The notes under the pieces: generated by a model
What the model was told of the DNA's origin: nothing
What the model saw: only the letters and a program-made list of their open reading frames with translations
Databases searched by the model: none
DNA from: Bryobacterales bacterium
GTDB lineage: Bacteria; Acidobacteriota; Terriglobia; Bryobacterales; UBA6623
DNA: 64,000 nucleotides
Assembly: GCA_965226215.1 (NCBI GenBank)
Contig: CBDDCH010000002.1
Location: 1,495,180-1,559,179, forward strand
Reading direction: 5' to 3'
In this document: in pieces, positions 35,995-45,966 of the stretch
How the letters are laid out: every line of letters starts with the position of its first letter
Position numbering within the stretch: the stretch's first letter is position 1
Program-made: the position numbers and the translations under genes

Positions 35995-36729
35995 TTACAT
36001 ATACATGCCGCCGTTCACGTTGAGAACGTGCCCGGTGATGTAGCCCGCTTCTTCACCGGCGAGGAACCGAACCGCGTGCGCTACATCGGTGGCTTCTCCG
36101 ATCCGGCGGAGGGGAACTGACGCCAGGATCTTCTCGCGTACTTTTTCGTCGAGAGACTCCGTCATGGCGGTCTGGATGAATCCGGGCGCCACGGCGTTGA
36201 CGGTAATGCTCCGGGAGGCAAGCTCTTGGGCGAGAGCCTTCGTCAATCCGATCAGTCCGGCTTTTGAGGCCACATAGTTGGCTTGACCGGGGTTGCCGGC
36301 CTGTCCGACCACAGACGAGATGTTGATGATGCGGCCCCATCGTCCTCGCACCATCGCGGGCAGAACCGCCTGAATGCAGAGGAAACTTCCGGTGAGATTG
36401 GTCTCGATCACCTGTTGCCAGTTTTCAGACGACATGCGTAAGGCCAGCCCGTCCCGGGTCATGCCGGCGTTGTTCACCAGGATGTGAATGCCGCCTGAGA
36501 TCTCCCGGGCTTTAGCAAAGGCCTGTTGAATCGACTCAGCCGATGCGATGTCGAGGGGCACGGCGTCAGCCCGCCCGCCTTGGGAGCGAATCTCTTCCAC
36601 CAGCTCATTTAGCTTGTCTTGCTGTCTCGCGCCGACAACCACCCGAGCGCCCGCCTCGGCCAGCTCCAAGGCGCAAGCGCGGCCGATGCCTTGGCTGGCT
36701 CCGGTGACAAATGCAACCCGATCTTTCAT
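35995..36729 (-). CDS. fabG: 3-oxoacyl-ACP reductase
   Basis: TGASQGIG, NNAGMTRD, SSVVG..GNPGQANYVASKAG and NAVAPGFI. Confidence 0.96.
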   Translation of the reverse strand: MKDRVAFVTGASQGIGRACALELAEAGARVVVGARQQDKLNELVEEIRSQGGRADAVPLDIASAESIQQAFAKAREISGGIHILVNNAGMTRDGLALRMSSENWQQVIETNLTGSFLCIQAVLPAMVRGRWGRIINISSVVGQAGNPGQANYVASKAGLIGLTKALAQELASRSITVNAVAPGFIQTAMTESLDEKVREKILASVPLRRIGEATDVAHAVRFLAGEEAGYITGHVLNVNGGMYM

Positions 36730-37649
36730 GACGCGAGTGTCTCCAAAGACTTCAAGTCTTCCACGTTCGATCCTTTCAGCGAGCGGTCGATTCGCTTCAA
36801 TAGACCAGTCAACACCCTCCCCGGCCCGACCTCAATGAAGTGCTTGACTCCCTGAGCGGCCAAGCAGCGCACGGACTCTTCCCACTGAACCGGGTTCGGC
36901 ACCTGCTCGTTGAGACCCTCGCGGGCTTGCTCGCCGCTTCGAATCTCCCGCGCCGCGTAATTGTTGACCAGCGGGATTGTGAGATCCTTGAACTCGACCT
37001 CATCGAGGTCGCCCGCCAGCCGCTCCTGAGCCGGTTTCATCAGCGCGCAATGGAAAGGAGCGCTGACCGCAAGCAGCACCGCCCTACGGGCCCCTCGGGC
37101 CTTGGCCAACTCGACGGCCCGCGACACGGCGCCGGCGTGTCCGGCGATGACCACCTGCCCCGGTGCGTTGAAATTAGCGGCGGAAACCACCTCGCCATTC
37201 GCCGCCTCGGCGCAAATCGCGCCTATCTCTCCGCCCGGCAGTCCGAGGAGAGCGGCCATGGCCCCGACTCCCGCCGGCACTGCCTCCTGCATATAGCGGC
37301 CCCGCCTGCGGACCAGACGTACTGCATCCTCAAAGCGCAAGGACCCGGCGGCCACCAGCGCCGAGTACTCTCCGAGGCTGTGCCCGGCCACGTAGTCGGC
37401 CTCGATTCCTCGTCCACGGAGCACGGCCAACGTCGCCACCGAACAGGCCAGCAAAGCCGGCTGGGTGTTTTCGGTGAGCTTGAGGTCTTCGGCCGGGCCC
37501 TCGAAGCAGAGCTTCGAGATGGGGAAGTCCAGCGCCTGGTCGGCCTTCTCGAAGACTTGAAGGGCGTCGGCGAAGCTCTCGGCCAACTCGCGCCCCATGC
37601 CGGGGACTTGCGACCCCTGGCCCGGAAAAACGAACGCGGTCTTGGGCAT
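36726..37649 (-). CDS. fabD: Malonyl-CoA:ACP transacylase
   Basis: FPGQGSQ, TQPAL, GHSLGEY, SAPFHC and EVGPG; overlaps fabG (ATGA). Confidence 0.96.
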   Translation of the reverse strand: MPKTAFVFPGQGSQVPGMGRELAESFADALQVFEKADQALDFPISKLCFEGPAEDLKLTENTQPALLACSVATLAVLRGRGIEADYVAGHSLGEYSALVAAGSLRFEDAVRLVRRRGRYMQEAVPAGVGAMAALLGLPGGEIGAICAEAANGEVVSAANFNAPGQVVIAGHAGAVSRAVELAKARGARRAVLLAVSAPFHCALMKPAQERLAGDLDEVEFKDLTIPLVNNYAAREIRSGEQAREGLNEQVPNPVQWEESVRCLAAQGVKHFIEVGPGRVLTGLLKRIDRSLKGSNVEDLKSLETLAS

Positions 37650-37722
37650 GAAGTCTCACACTATCTCGCTACAGGCCGAGAAGCAAGCCGGGATTGGTTG
37701 GCGCGGGGTGTCTTCTCGTAGC

Positions 37723-37863
37723 GCAGTATTTCGGAAAGACGGTTACGTATCAATCAGCGTCGAGGTATTGCGGCTCATCAGCTCGGGCGCAATGAATTGC
37801 GCCCCTACGTTTCAATGCGAGATACCCAAGCCCATCACTAGGCGCACGATTCATCGGCTCCAC
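37723..37863 (-). mobile_element. Family B element, right part, inverted
   Basis: Its reverse complement aligns with about 38660-38803, including the right terminal IR. Confidence 0.78.
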
Positions 37864-38063
37864 GAGTCTTGGCCGGCTTGCGACTGGACGCCGAAGACAT
37901 CCTGGGTCCCTCCGAACAGTGATCCGCCGCCTTACACTGCGCCGCGTCCCATTCCCAACGGCGGAACATCAAACTCGCAAACCGTCCCCGTCCGCCTCCG
38001 GGCCGCCGAAAAACTCCGCCCCGGCCGCTTGATCTCGGGGGCCATAGATTGTACCTTGTAGCC

Positions 38064-38528
38064 ATGGCATCGCGAAGTTTGAATAAAGTTATGTTGATCG
38101 GCAACCTTGGTAAGGATGCCGAGACGAAACACACGGCCGGCGGCGTCGCCCGCACCTACTTCACTCTGGCCACCTCAAGACGCTGGAAAGACCAGCAGAC
38201 AGGCGAGTGGCGAGAAGAGACCGATTGGCACGACGTGATCCTCTGGAGATCGGAGAACGTCGCGGCTTATTTGCAAAAAGGAAAGCAGGTCTTCGTGGAA
38301 GGCCGGCTGCAGACCCGGAGCTGGGAGGACCAGAGCGGAAACCGCCGCTATCGAACCGAGGTCGTCGCCGACAACTTGATCCTGCTGCGGGGAGGCCCGG
38401 CGGACGCCGACGGCCCCTCCGCCGTGGCCGGAGGCCAGTCGGCGTCAGCGAGTGGCGCAACGGCATCCGGCGCGGCATCCGGTGGTGACGCCGATCAGGG
38501 CATCACCGATGACGATGTCCCGTTCTAG
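38064..38528 (+). CDS. ssb: Single-stranded DNA-binding protein
   Basis: SLNKVMLIGNLGKD, ETDWH, VFVEGRLQTRSW and C-terminal DDDVPF. Confidence 0.97.
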   Translation: MASRSLNKVMLIGNLGKDAETKHTAGGVARTYFTLATSRRWKDQQTGEWREETDWHDVILWRSENVAAYLQKGKQVFVEGRLQTRSWEDQSGNRRYRTEVVADNLILLRGGPADADGPSAVAGGQSASASGATASGAASGGDADQGITDDDVPF

Positions 38529-38621
38529 CCGGCGGCGGTAGGCCGACCTGACAGTAGTGGCGTGTATCTTGTCCTGATACCGGCTTACCTGCCTCGCTGC
38601 TAAGATGACTCTAGGTTAAGT

Positions 38622-38803
38622 GCATCATTTCGCAAATACGGTTACGAAAGGTGGCCGACTGCGGGCGCGATGAATCGCGCCCCGACTGATGGGCTTGCGC
38701 ATCTCGCGTTCAAAGGTAGAGGCGCAATAAATTGCGCCCGAGCTGATGAGCCGCAACACCTCGACAAGCTAATTGATACGTAGCTGTATTTGCGAAATAC
38801 TGC
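38622..38803 (+). mobile_element. Complete family B MITE (182 bp)
   Basis: Terminal IRs GCATCATTTCGCAAATAC / GTATTTGCGAAATACTGC (16 of 18 match) and internal REP-like palindromes. Confidence 0.8.
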
Positions 38804-38931
38804 AAGCAGGGACAGGCGCTCCGGTTGTGCGGGGAGTCTCTGTGAGGGGGCAGGGACCTTATCACGACTCAGCGGATTTGACGAGCGGTCGGCGCGTTCC
38901 ATAGCAGGTCAGAGCGTCACAAGGGCTCACC

Positions 38932-40221
38932 GTGGGAATCTGGGTCAAGCGCGGACTGGCGATTCTCATCGCCGGCGGGATCGTCTTTCTCGTCGCGACG
39001 CGCGTCTTTGAAGCCCGCGAGGACGCTGCCCGCGCCAAGTCGCGCCAGCAGGCCTGGGGCGGAGGCCGCGTGGTCAATGTCGACCTCGCGCAAGCCTGGA
39101 CGGGCGTCGTTAGCGACGTACTCCTGCTGACCGGCGCTCTCAAACCCAAAGAACAAGTCGACGTCACGTCGAAAGCCACGGGGCGGGTCGAGAGCATCCG
39201 CTTTCGAGTCGGCGACCGGATCGGCGCCGGGGACTTGGTCGCCGAACTCGAGGACGACGAGCTGCGGCAGCAGGTTCACCGGGCCGAGGCGGTCATCGCC
39301 GTGGCTCGCGCATCCTACCGGCAGCGCCGAGCCGAGCACGATAACGCCGGGGCTGAGCTGGAGCGAGCCGAAAGCCTTTTCCAAGATGGACTCGTTTCTT
39401 CCCAAGACTACGAGGCGCAAAAGACCAGCCTGGCCGTCGTCAATGCCCAGGTGGAGTTGGCCGTGGCCCAGCAAAAGCAAGCCGAGGCCGAGCTGAGTGA
39501 GTTGAAAATTCGTCTGGCGCAAACGAAAATCTACTCCCCCATGAGAGGGATCGCCGCCACGCGGTATGTAGATGTCGGGGCGCTGGTGAGTCCGACCACC
39601 CCGATCATACGGATCGTCAATCTCTCGACCATGGTCACCCAGGGGAACGTTCCCGAGCGGAACATCGGCAGGTTGCGCGTGGGAAACCCGACCACAGTGC
39701 GAGTGGACGCGCTGCCCGAACAGCCTTTTAGCGGCCGCGTGGCGCGTATCGCCCCGGTTCTCGACGCCGCCACCCGCAGCGCTTTGATTGAAATCGACAT
39801 CCCGAACCCGAAGGGCGAGCTCAAGGCCGAAATGTTCGCCCGCATCGAATTGGATCTTGGCGCGACCCGTGAAGCTACATTGATTCCCCGCGACAGCTTG
39901 GTCTACCGCGGTCAGCAAGCGGGTGTCTATGTAGTGGAAGGCTCTCGCCCGGTGTTCCGGCCCATCGAGACCGGCATGACGCGGCAGGAGATGGTCGAAG
40001 TACTCTCCAACCTCGATCCGGGGACGGCCATCGTAGGCCGGGGCGCTTCCATGATCCGCGACGGAGACCGCATCGCCGCTCCCGAGACGCAGGAAGAAGC
40101 CGGTGGCCGTCCGGTGGCGGGCGGTGCAGAAAGTGCCGGGCGCCGGGATCGAGCCGGCCGTCCATCGGACCAGGGCCGATCGGCCCGCGGACAGCAAGGC
40201 GCCTCCAGCAAAGCTCAATAG
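38932..40221 (+). CDS. RND efflux periplasmic adaptor (membrane fusion protein)
   Basis: N-terminal TM, lipoyl halves (ATGRVESIRFRVGDRI..AGD; IYSPMRG..VDVGALV), coiled-coil hairpin, and GRVARIAPVLD..TRS. Confidence 0.95.
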   Translation: MGIWVKRGLAILIAGGIVFLVATRVFEAREDAARAKSRQQAWGGGRVVNVDLAQAWTGVVSDVLLLTGALKPKEQVDVTSKATGRVESIRFRVGDRIGAGDLVAELEDDELRQQVHRAEAVIAVARASYRQRRAEHDNAGAELERAESLFQDGLVSSQDYEAQKTSLAVVNAQVELAVAQQKQAEAELSELKIRLAQTKIYSPMRGIAATRYVDVGALVSPTTPIIRIVNLSTMVTQGNVPERNIGRLRVGNPTTVRVDALPEQPFSGRVARIAPVLDAATRSALIEIDIPNPKGELKAEMFARIELDLGATREATLIPRDSLVYRGQQAGVYVVEGSRPVFRPIETGMTRQEMVEVLSNLDPGTAIVGRGASMIRDGDRIAAPETQEEAGGRPVAGGAESAGRRDRAGRPSDQGRSARGQQGASSKAQ

Positions 40222-40224
40222 GAT

Positions 40225-43200
40225 ATGGCTATGAATCTGGCGGAGTTTTCCATTCGGCGTCCGGTAACGATTCTGATGGTCTGCCTGGTCGCCATCCTTT
40301 TGGGGACCATCGCGTTCGTTCAAATCCCCGTGGATTTGATGCCCGAAATCGAATACCCCATCATCAGCGTCAACACCAGCTATGAGGGCGTTGCGCCGGA
40401 GGAAATGGAAACCCTGATCGCCCGTCCACTGGAGCAGGCTCTCAGCTCCGCGCCCAACGCCGAGGAAATCACCTCCTCCTCTTCGGAAGGCCGAGCCAGC
40501 GTACGGGTGAGGTTTGTCTACGGAACTGACTTGGATGTCGCCGCCGCCGACCTGCGCGCGCGCATCGACGCCCGCAGAACAAGCCTCCCCGACGACGCGG
40601 ATCCGCCCACGCTGTTCAAGTTCGACGTCTCGCAGTTCCCCATTATGTTTGTTACGGTTGCCGCGGAGGATATGGACTCCAAGCAACTGCGTCACTTCGT
40701 CGAAAAAAGCATCCAGTATCGAATCGAACGCCTCCCCGGCGTCGCGCAGGCCCGTGTCAGCGGCGGTTTGCGGCGCGAGATCCACGTCGACCTGGATCTC
40801 AACAAGTTGCGCGCCTTGGATTTATCCGTGGCCCAAGTCGTCCAGACGCTGCGGAGAGAAAACCTCAATCGTCCGGTGGGGCCGGTCCGCGAAGGCCGCT
40901 ACGAGGTGTTGATGCGCACGGCGGGTGAGTTCAAGCGTCTCGAGGACATTCTCAATGTGGGCGTCACGACTCGCAACGGAGTGCCGGTCTACATGCGCGA
41001 CATCGCCTTGGTGGAAGACTCCCACGAAGAGATCCGCTACATCGTCCGGGTGAACGACGTGCCGGCTGTGCGTATGTTTATCTACAAGCAGTCGGGCGCC
41101 AACACCGTCAAGGTGTCCGACGCGGTGTGGGAGGAAGCGGGCAGGATCCACCGCGACCATGGCAACGTTACGCTGGCGGCGACGTGGGATTCAGCGGATT
41201 TCATACGCACTTCCATCAATAATGTGCGGGACGCTGTGTTGATCGGAGCCGGCCTGGCGGTCTTCGTTCTGTTGTTCTTCCTGCGCAGCATTTCGAGCAC
41301 GTTGATTATCGGCGTGGCCATCCCGATCTCGGTGATCGCCACGTTTGCGCTGATGTACTTCAACGGCTTCACGCTGAACACGGTTTCCTTCGGCGGACTT
41401 GCGCTCGGTGTGGGCATGCTCGTCGACAACGCCATCGTGATACTGGAAAACATCTTCCGCCACCGCGAGCGAGGCAAACAGATCGAAGAGGCAGCCGTGG
41501 TCGGCAGTCGCGAGGTGGCCATGGCCGTCACCGCCTCGACGCTGACGACGATTGCCGTCTTCGTCCCGGTGCTCTTTATGGCGGGTGTTTCGGCACAAAC
41601 GTTCCAACAGCTTGCCTGGGTGGTTGCTTTTTCCCTGTTTTGCTCGCTGACCGTCGCGCTGACCCTGGTGCCGATGCTGTGTTCGCGTTATCTGCGGGTT
41701 CGTCAGGCGGGCGGGGCTTCCCAGGGTACGTTGGCGCGGCGGGTGGCGGAGGCCCACGAGCGGATGTCCGACCGCTATGGACAAGTTATTTCCTGGGCTG
41801 TCGACCATCGCAAGACGGTGGTTTTGACGGCGGTGGGGCTGCTCGTAGGCGCCTTTTATTTGTCCGGGTTCGTTGGTGTCGAGCTCCAGCCGGAGGTCGA
41901 TGAAGGGCAGATTCGCGTGAGCGTCGAACTGGAGCCAGGCACGCGGGTAGAGATCACCGACGGCATCATGCGGCGGTTGGGCCGAACCGTCCGCGAAAAG
42001 GTTCCCGAAGCCAACTACGTCATGGTCGAGGCAGGCAGCAACAGCACGTGGCGCGCTGAAGGCACCAATCGAGGACAGTTGCGCATCGACTTGGTCGAGC
42101 AAAAGTTCCGCGAGCGCTCGGCAGCGGAGATTGCACGGACGCTGCGTCCCATGATGGAAATCGAGCCCGGCATGATTGTTCGAACCCGTGTCAGCAGCGG
42201 TCTGTTCCGGCGCGGCATGGGTGAGGGCGACCGGCTTTCGGTGGAAGTCCGAGGGCACGAGATCGAAGTGGCTCAGAAGCTTGCTGAGCGGGTGCAAGAG
42301 GCGATGGCGTCCATCGCGGGCGTGACCAGCTCCCAGGTAAGCCGCCGTCCGGGCATGCCCGAGATGCTGATTTCGGTTGACCGCGCGAAGGCTACCAGTA
42401 TGGGCTTGTCGGTATCCGAAATCGCCGACACGCTGGAGACGGCTATTGGCGGAACGCGAGCGTCGCTCTACCGCGAGGAGGGCGACGAATACGACATCGT
42501 GGTTCGCCTGCGCGAAGAGGACCGTCTGAAGATCCGACAAGTCGCTCAGGTGCCGATCACTCTCCCCGACGGGCGGACGATTCCCGCCGAGACCATCGTT
42601 CGCATGCGGCGTCAAGAGGGACCGGTCGAGATCACTCGTTCGGACCAGCAGCGCATTGTGACCGTCGATGGGACCATCGCCGATCGTGACCTGGGCAGCA
42701 TCGTGGGCGACCTCCGGGCGTCCCTCTCCCAGATCGAAATTCCAACAGGATACGAGCTCAAGTTCGGCGGCGAGTACGAAGAGCAGCAGGAAGCCTTCTT
42801 GCAAATGACCTTCGCCGCCATCCTGGCTCTGGTGTTGGTTTATATGGTGATGGCGGCGCAGTTCGAGTCTCTCCGCGACCCGTTCATTATCTTGTTCTCG
42901 ATTCCGCTGGCCTTCGTGGGGGTTGTTTTGGTTCTGTTTATGACCGCAACGACTTTCAACATTCAGGGATTCCTGGGGGTCATTGTCTTGGTCGGCATTG
43001 TAGTGAACAACGCCATCGTCCTGGTGGACTATACCAACAGACTGCGTCGCGAGGAGCATTTCTCGGTTCGGGAAGCGGTCGTCACCGCCGGCAGCCGCCG
43101 GCTGAGGCCGATCTTGATGACCACGATCACGACGGTGCTCGGGCTGACTCCCATGGCCCTGGGTATCGGCGAGGGCGGAGAGCTACAAGCGCCGCTGGCC

Positions 43201-43347
43201 CGCGTGGTTATCGGGGGTCTTTGCACCTCTACGCTGATTACTTTGGTGTTCATTCCGGTCGTTTACATGACCCTCGAAGAGCGCGCCGAGCGGGCCCGAG
43301 CACGCCGGCCGGTGCTTGCCCAGCCCGTCGAGTCCGCCGGGGATTAG
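40225..43347 (+). CDS. RND efflux permease (AcrB/MdtB/SwrC-like)
   Basis: SIRRPV, PVDLMP, GMLVDNAIVILENI, AQFES..PF, GIVVNNAIVLVD and RLRPILMTT; 1040 aa. Confidence 0.96.
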   Translation: MAMNLAEFSIRRPVTILMVCLVAILLGTIAFVQIPVDLMPEIEYPIISVNTSYEGVAPEEMETLIARPLEQALSSAPNAEEITSSSSEGRASVRVRFVYGTDLDVAAADLRARIDARRTSLPDDADPPTLFKFDVSQFPIMFVTVAAEDMDSKQLRHFVEKSIQYRIERLPGVAQARVSGGLRREIHVDLDLNKLRALDLSVAQVVQTLRRENLNRPVGPVREGRYEVLMRTAGEFKRLEDILNVGVTTRNGVPVYMRDIALVEDSHEEIRYIVRVNDVPAVRMFIYKQSGANTVKVSDAVWEEAGRIHRDHGNVTLAATWDSADFIRTSINNVRDAVLIGAGLAVFVLLFFLRSISSTLIIGVAIPISVIATFALMYFNGFTLNTVSFGGLALGVGMLVDNAIVILENIFRHRERGKQIEEAAVVGSREVAMAVTASTLTTIAVFVPVLFMAGVSAQTFQQLAWVVAFSLFCSLTVALTLVPMLCSRYLRVRQAGGASQGTLARRVAEAHERMSDRYGQVISWAVDHRKTVVLTAVGLLVGAFYLSGFVGVELQPEVDEGQIRVSVELEPGTRVEITDGIMRRLGRTVREKVPEANYVMVEAGSNSTWRAEGTNRGQLRIDLVEQKFRERSAAEIARTLRPMMEIEPGMIVRTRVSSGLFRRGMGEGDRLSVEVRGHEIEVAQKLAERVQEAMASIAGVTSSQVSRRPGMPEMLISVDRAKATSMGLSVSEIADTLETAIGGTRASLYREEGDEYDIVVRLREEDRLKIRQVAQVPITLPDGRTIPAETIVRMRRQEGPVEITRSDQQRIVTVDGTIADRDLGSIVGDLRASLSQIEIPTGYELKFGGEYEEQQEAFLQMTFAAILALVLVYMVMAAQFESLRDPFIILFSIPLAFVGVVLVLFMTATTFNIQGFLGVIVLVGIVVNNAIVLVDYTNRLRREEHFSVREAVVTAGSRRLRPILMTTITTVLGLTPMALGIGEGGELQAPLARVVIGGLCTSTLITLVFIPVVYMTLEERAERARARRPVLAQPVESAGD

Positions 43348-43355
43348 GTCCGAAT

Positions 43356-43395
43356 CGGCATGCCGTGCCCGAAGTTCCCGATCGTCCACCTGGCT
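43356..43395 (-). repeat. Fragment of family A element
   Basis: 40-bp perfect reverse complement of 45320-45359. Confidence 0.8.
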
Positions 43396-43400
43396 GCTAA

Positions 43401-43582
43401 CTAACTAAGGGCTGCGCCCTTGATATCCCAGAGCGTCGAGCACCGAGCCGCGAGTGTGAGCGAGCGGTCCAGAGATGAGGCCGCTCGGCAGGGATGAATC
43501 CGCGTCCGCCCCAACACCCACCTAACGAGAACAAAGTTCTCGTTCCAGCGCGCATAACGGCCTAACCAAGGGCTCCGCCCTT
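43401..43582 (+). repeat. Family D element (43401-43565) followed by the start of a second tandem copy
   Basis: CTAA-bounded unit; CTAACCAAGGGCTCCGCCCTT recurs at 43562. Confidence 0.78.
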
Positions 43583-43672
43583 AATGGAGTTGATGGACCA
43601 ACTGGTCAGGAAAACTGACCTCGAAGGCTCTGAAGTCCTGTGTTAAGATGGGCGAAGCCTGGCCGTATTCTC

Positions 43673-43748
43673 GCCACGGTAGCTCAGTTGGCAGAGCAGC
43701 GGTTTCGTAAACCGCAGGTCGTCGGTTCGAATCCGACCCGTGGCTCCA
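43673..43748 (+). tRNA. tRNA-Thr (anticodon CGT)
   Basis: Acceptor GCCACGG/CCGTGGC, TAGCTCAGTTGG, anticodon arm GCGGT-TTCGTAA-ACCGC, GGTTCGAATCC and encoded CCA; 76 nt. Confidence 0.97.
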
Positions 43749-43976
43749 TATTTTCCATAACTTAGCGAGAAAGAAGCTCTCCCGTAGCAGGGTTTTGCTA
43801 ATCTAGGCCACACGTTTAGCCTCTTTCCGGTGAGCTGTTTGAAGAGCTGCCGCTGCCCTTCAGCGGTACAATTTCCTCAGGCTGGGGGCGGCCCATGAGC
43901 GAAGGCTCAACCACTCACGCGGAATCTAATTCGGACAAGAATGGTTTTATCTTTCGATGTCACGAGGGACACTCTT

Positions 43977-45152
43977 ATGAGACCCATGACCACTCATCTT
44001 TCGTTTGCACTCACGTTCGTCCTTTTCTTCACCGGCTGCGCGTCCGAGTCTGAGACAGCCGAAGTGAAGGTCGGCGGGGATTCGTGGAAATCTAACTGGC
44101 CGCGGCACGTAGTCGCCGAAGGCTTTGCGAACCAAACCGCGGTGGCCGCCGACTTCAGCGGCGACGGCCTGCCCGACGTCATCGTCCACGCCGAGAACCA
44201 AGCCCGCCTCTACACTGCCCCCGATTGGAAGCAAACCATCATCAGCGAACAGCCCGGCAAGACAGCCGTCCACAGCGAAGTGATGGACGTGGATGGCGAC
44301 GGCGACCCGGACTACATCGGCGCGGTCTACAGCCCCGGCCCGGTCTTCTGGCTTGAGCGGCCCGCCAAACCGCTGACCGATCCCTGGCCTTACCACCTGG
44401 TGGACGACGAGATTGACGGCACACATGGGCTCATCCTGGGCGACATCGACGGCGACGGCGGCCTCGACCTCGTCGCCAACAGCGCGCAGCCCAAGGGACC
44501 GTACCCCGAATCCATCGTCTGGTATAAGGTGCCCGACAACCCGCGCCAGGCCGAGCGCTGGGTGCGCCACGTCTTTGCAAAAAACGACGCATCAGGACTC
44601 AGCCACTACATGGGTGTCGGCGACGTCGACGGTGACGGCAAGACGGACATTTCCTGCGCCGCCAAGATCCCGGAAGGTGGTAACTGGTTTGCCTGGTGGG
44701 AGCAACCCGCCGATGGCAGCCTGCCGTGGACGAAGCACGTTCTTGCCACCGAGCAAGAGGGTGCGACCAACATCCTGATCGCCGAGCTGAGCGGCGACGG
44801 CAAGACCGATTTCATCGCCAGTCGGGGGCATGGCAGAGGCGTGCTGTGGTTCGAAGCGCCCGAGTTCACGTTGAAGGAGATCAACCCTGATCTCGAAGGT
44901 CCGCACAGCCTCGCCGTTGGGGATATCGATCAGGACGGCGACATCGACGCCACCACCTGCGCTAAAGACAGCTTCATCGCGGCCTGGTTCGAAAACGACG
45001 GCAGCGGCAACTTCACCACGCACCACATCAACGAAGATCAGGCCGCCTACGATATTCGCCTCGTCGACATGGACAACGACACCGACCTCGACGTTCTCGT
45101 CGCCGGCCAGGAGAGCAAGAACGTCGTCTGGTACGAGAACGGTTTGCGGTAG
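43977..45152 (+). CDS. FG-GAP/VCBS repeat beta-propeller lipoprotein
   Basis: Lipobox-like FFTGC and seven D-x-[DS]-x-D-x-x-x-D repeats (DFSGDGLPD, DVDGDGDPD, DIDGDGGLD, DVDGDGKTD, ELSGDGKTD, DIDQDGDID, DMDNDTDLD). Confidence 0.88.
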   Translation: MRPMTTHLSFALTFVLFFTGCASESETAEVKVGGDSWKSNWPRHVVAEGFANQTAVAADFSGDGLPDVIVHAENQARLYTAPDWKQTIISEQPGKTAVHSEVMDVDGDGDPDYIGAVYSPGPVFWLERPAKPLTDPWPYHLVDDEIDGTHGLILGDIDGDGGLDLVANSAQPKGPYPESIVWYKVPDNPRQAERWVRHVFAKNDASGLSHYMGVGDVDGDGKTDISCAAKIPEGGNWFAWWEQPADGSLPWTKHVLATEQEGATNILIAELSGDGKTDFIASRGHGRGVLWFEAPEFTLKEINPDLEGPHSLAVGDIDQDGDIDATTCAKDSFIAAWFENDGSGNFTTHHINEDQAAYDIRLVDMDNDTDLDVLVAGQESKNVVWYENGLR

Positions 45153-45276
45153 GTGTTTCTCGCAAAGGCGCTAAGGACCGCAAAGAACACTCAGAACCCT
45201 TCCCCCGCTTGGTTTTTCCGCCATCCGCATCACCCAAAACTGATACGAAGAGTTCCACGACCGCGAACAGGACTAA

Positions 45277-45456
45277 GTAGTCCATTTCATAAGTTCGGTC
45301 ACGTATATTTAGATTTAGAAGCCAGGTGGACGATCGGGAACTTCGGGCACGGCATGCCGTGCCCCTACATTTCCAGGCACCCAATAGATCTCTAGGGGCA
45401 CAGCATGCTGTGCCCGCCTGCCTCGCCCGAAACGTGAGTGTATTCATGAAATGGAG
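45277..45456. mobile_element. Second family A element
   Basis: Colinear with 18303-18485; same REP pair; TCCATTTCAT / ATGAAATGGA terminal IR core. Confidence 0.75.
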
Positions 45457-45966
45457 AGAGCCTGCGGTTTGCCGTGGCCAAGCTCCAATCTCCCGGTCAC
45501 GGGCTGTAACATATTTTTTTTCAGTAACCTCTGGGCCCTTGTCCGGGGAAATCCTGGGCCCCCGCGATAGAATAGACGCAGGAGGCTGTGCCGGGAAGGT
45601 ATGACAGAATCGGGGATTGCGACAAGCGGCGAGAACCGGACAGAGCCGTGCCCGTCAGGGCGCGGGCCCTTCCCAGGGCTTTTTTCACCCGCGGAAACGA
45701 CCCGATCCAAGCAAAATTACCAAACAAACCAAATTCACATGTAAGACAAACTCTTTCAATAACTTAGACGACATTTCTGAGGCGAAGAAGAGACGCTACT
45801 CAGAGGCAAAACGAGCCCCATGGCTGCCCGCTTGCCTACCGCTGATGCCTGTCAGTGTCCCCCAGGCATTAGCCGGACTGACCCTCCGGGATCCATAAGC
45901 TTTTGCGTTGCCATGTGTCCCGAGTGATGCTGCGCCGTTCCCTGCCGGGTATGCTGAAAGGCAAGC

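Noticed and set aside
38917-43059. Long minus-strand ORFs 38917-40785 and 41191-43059 (622 aa each)
   Set aside because: Antisense shadows of the RND adaptor and permease in GC-rich DNA; no recognisable motifs.
43398-43650. attC-like integron sites suggested by GCCTAAC/CTAAC motifs (also at 59723)
   Set aside because: No matching GTTRRRY core at a suitable distance, no cassette array and no integrase; better explained by repeat families C and D.
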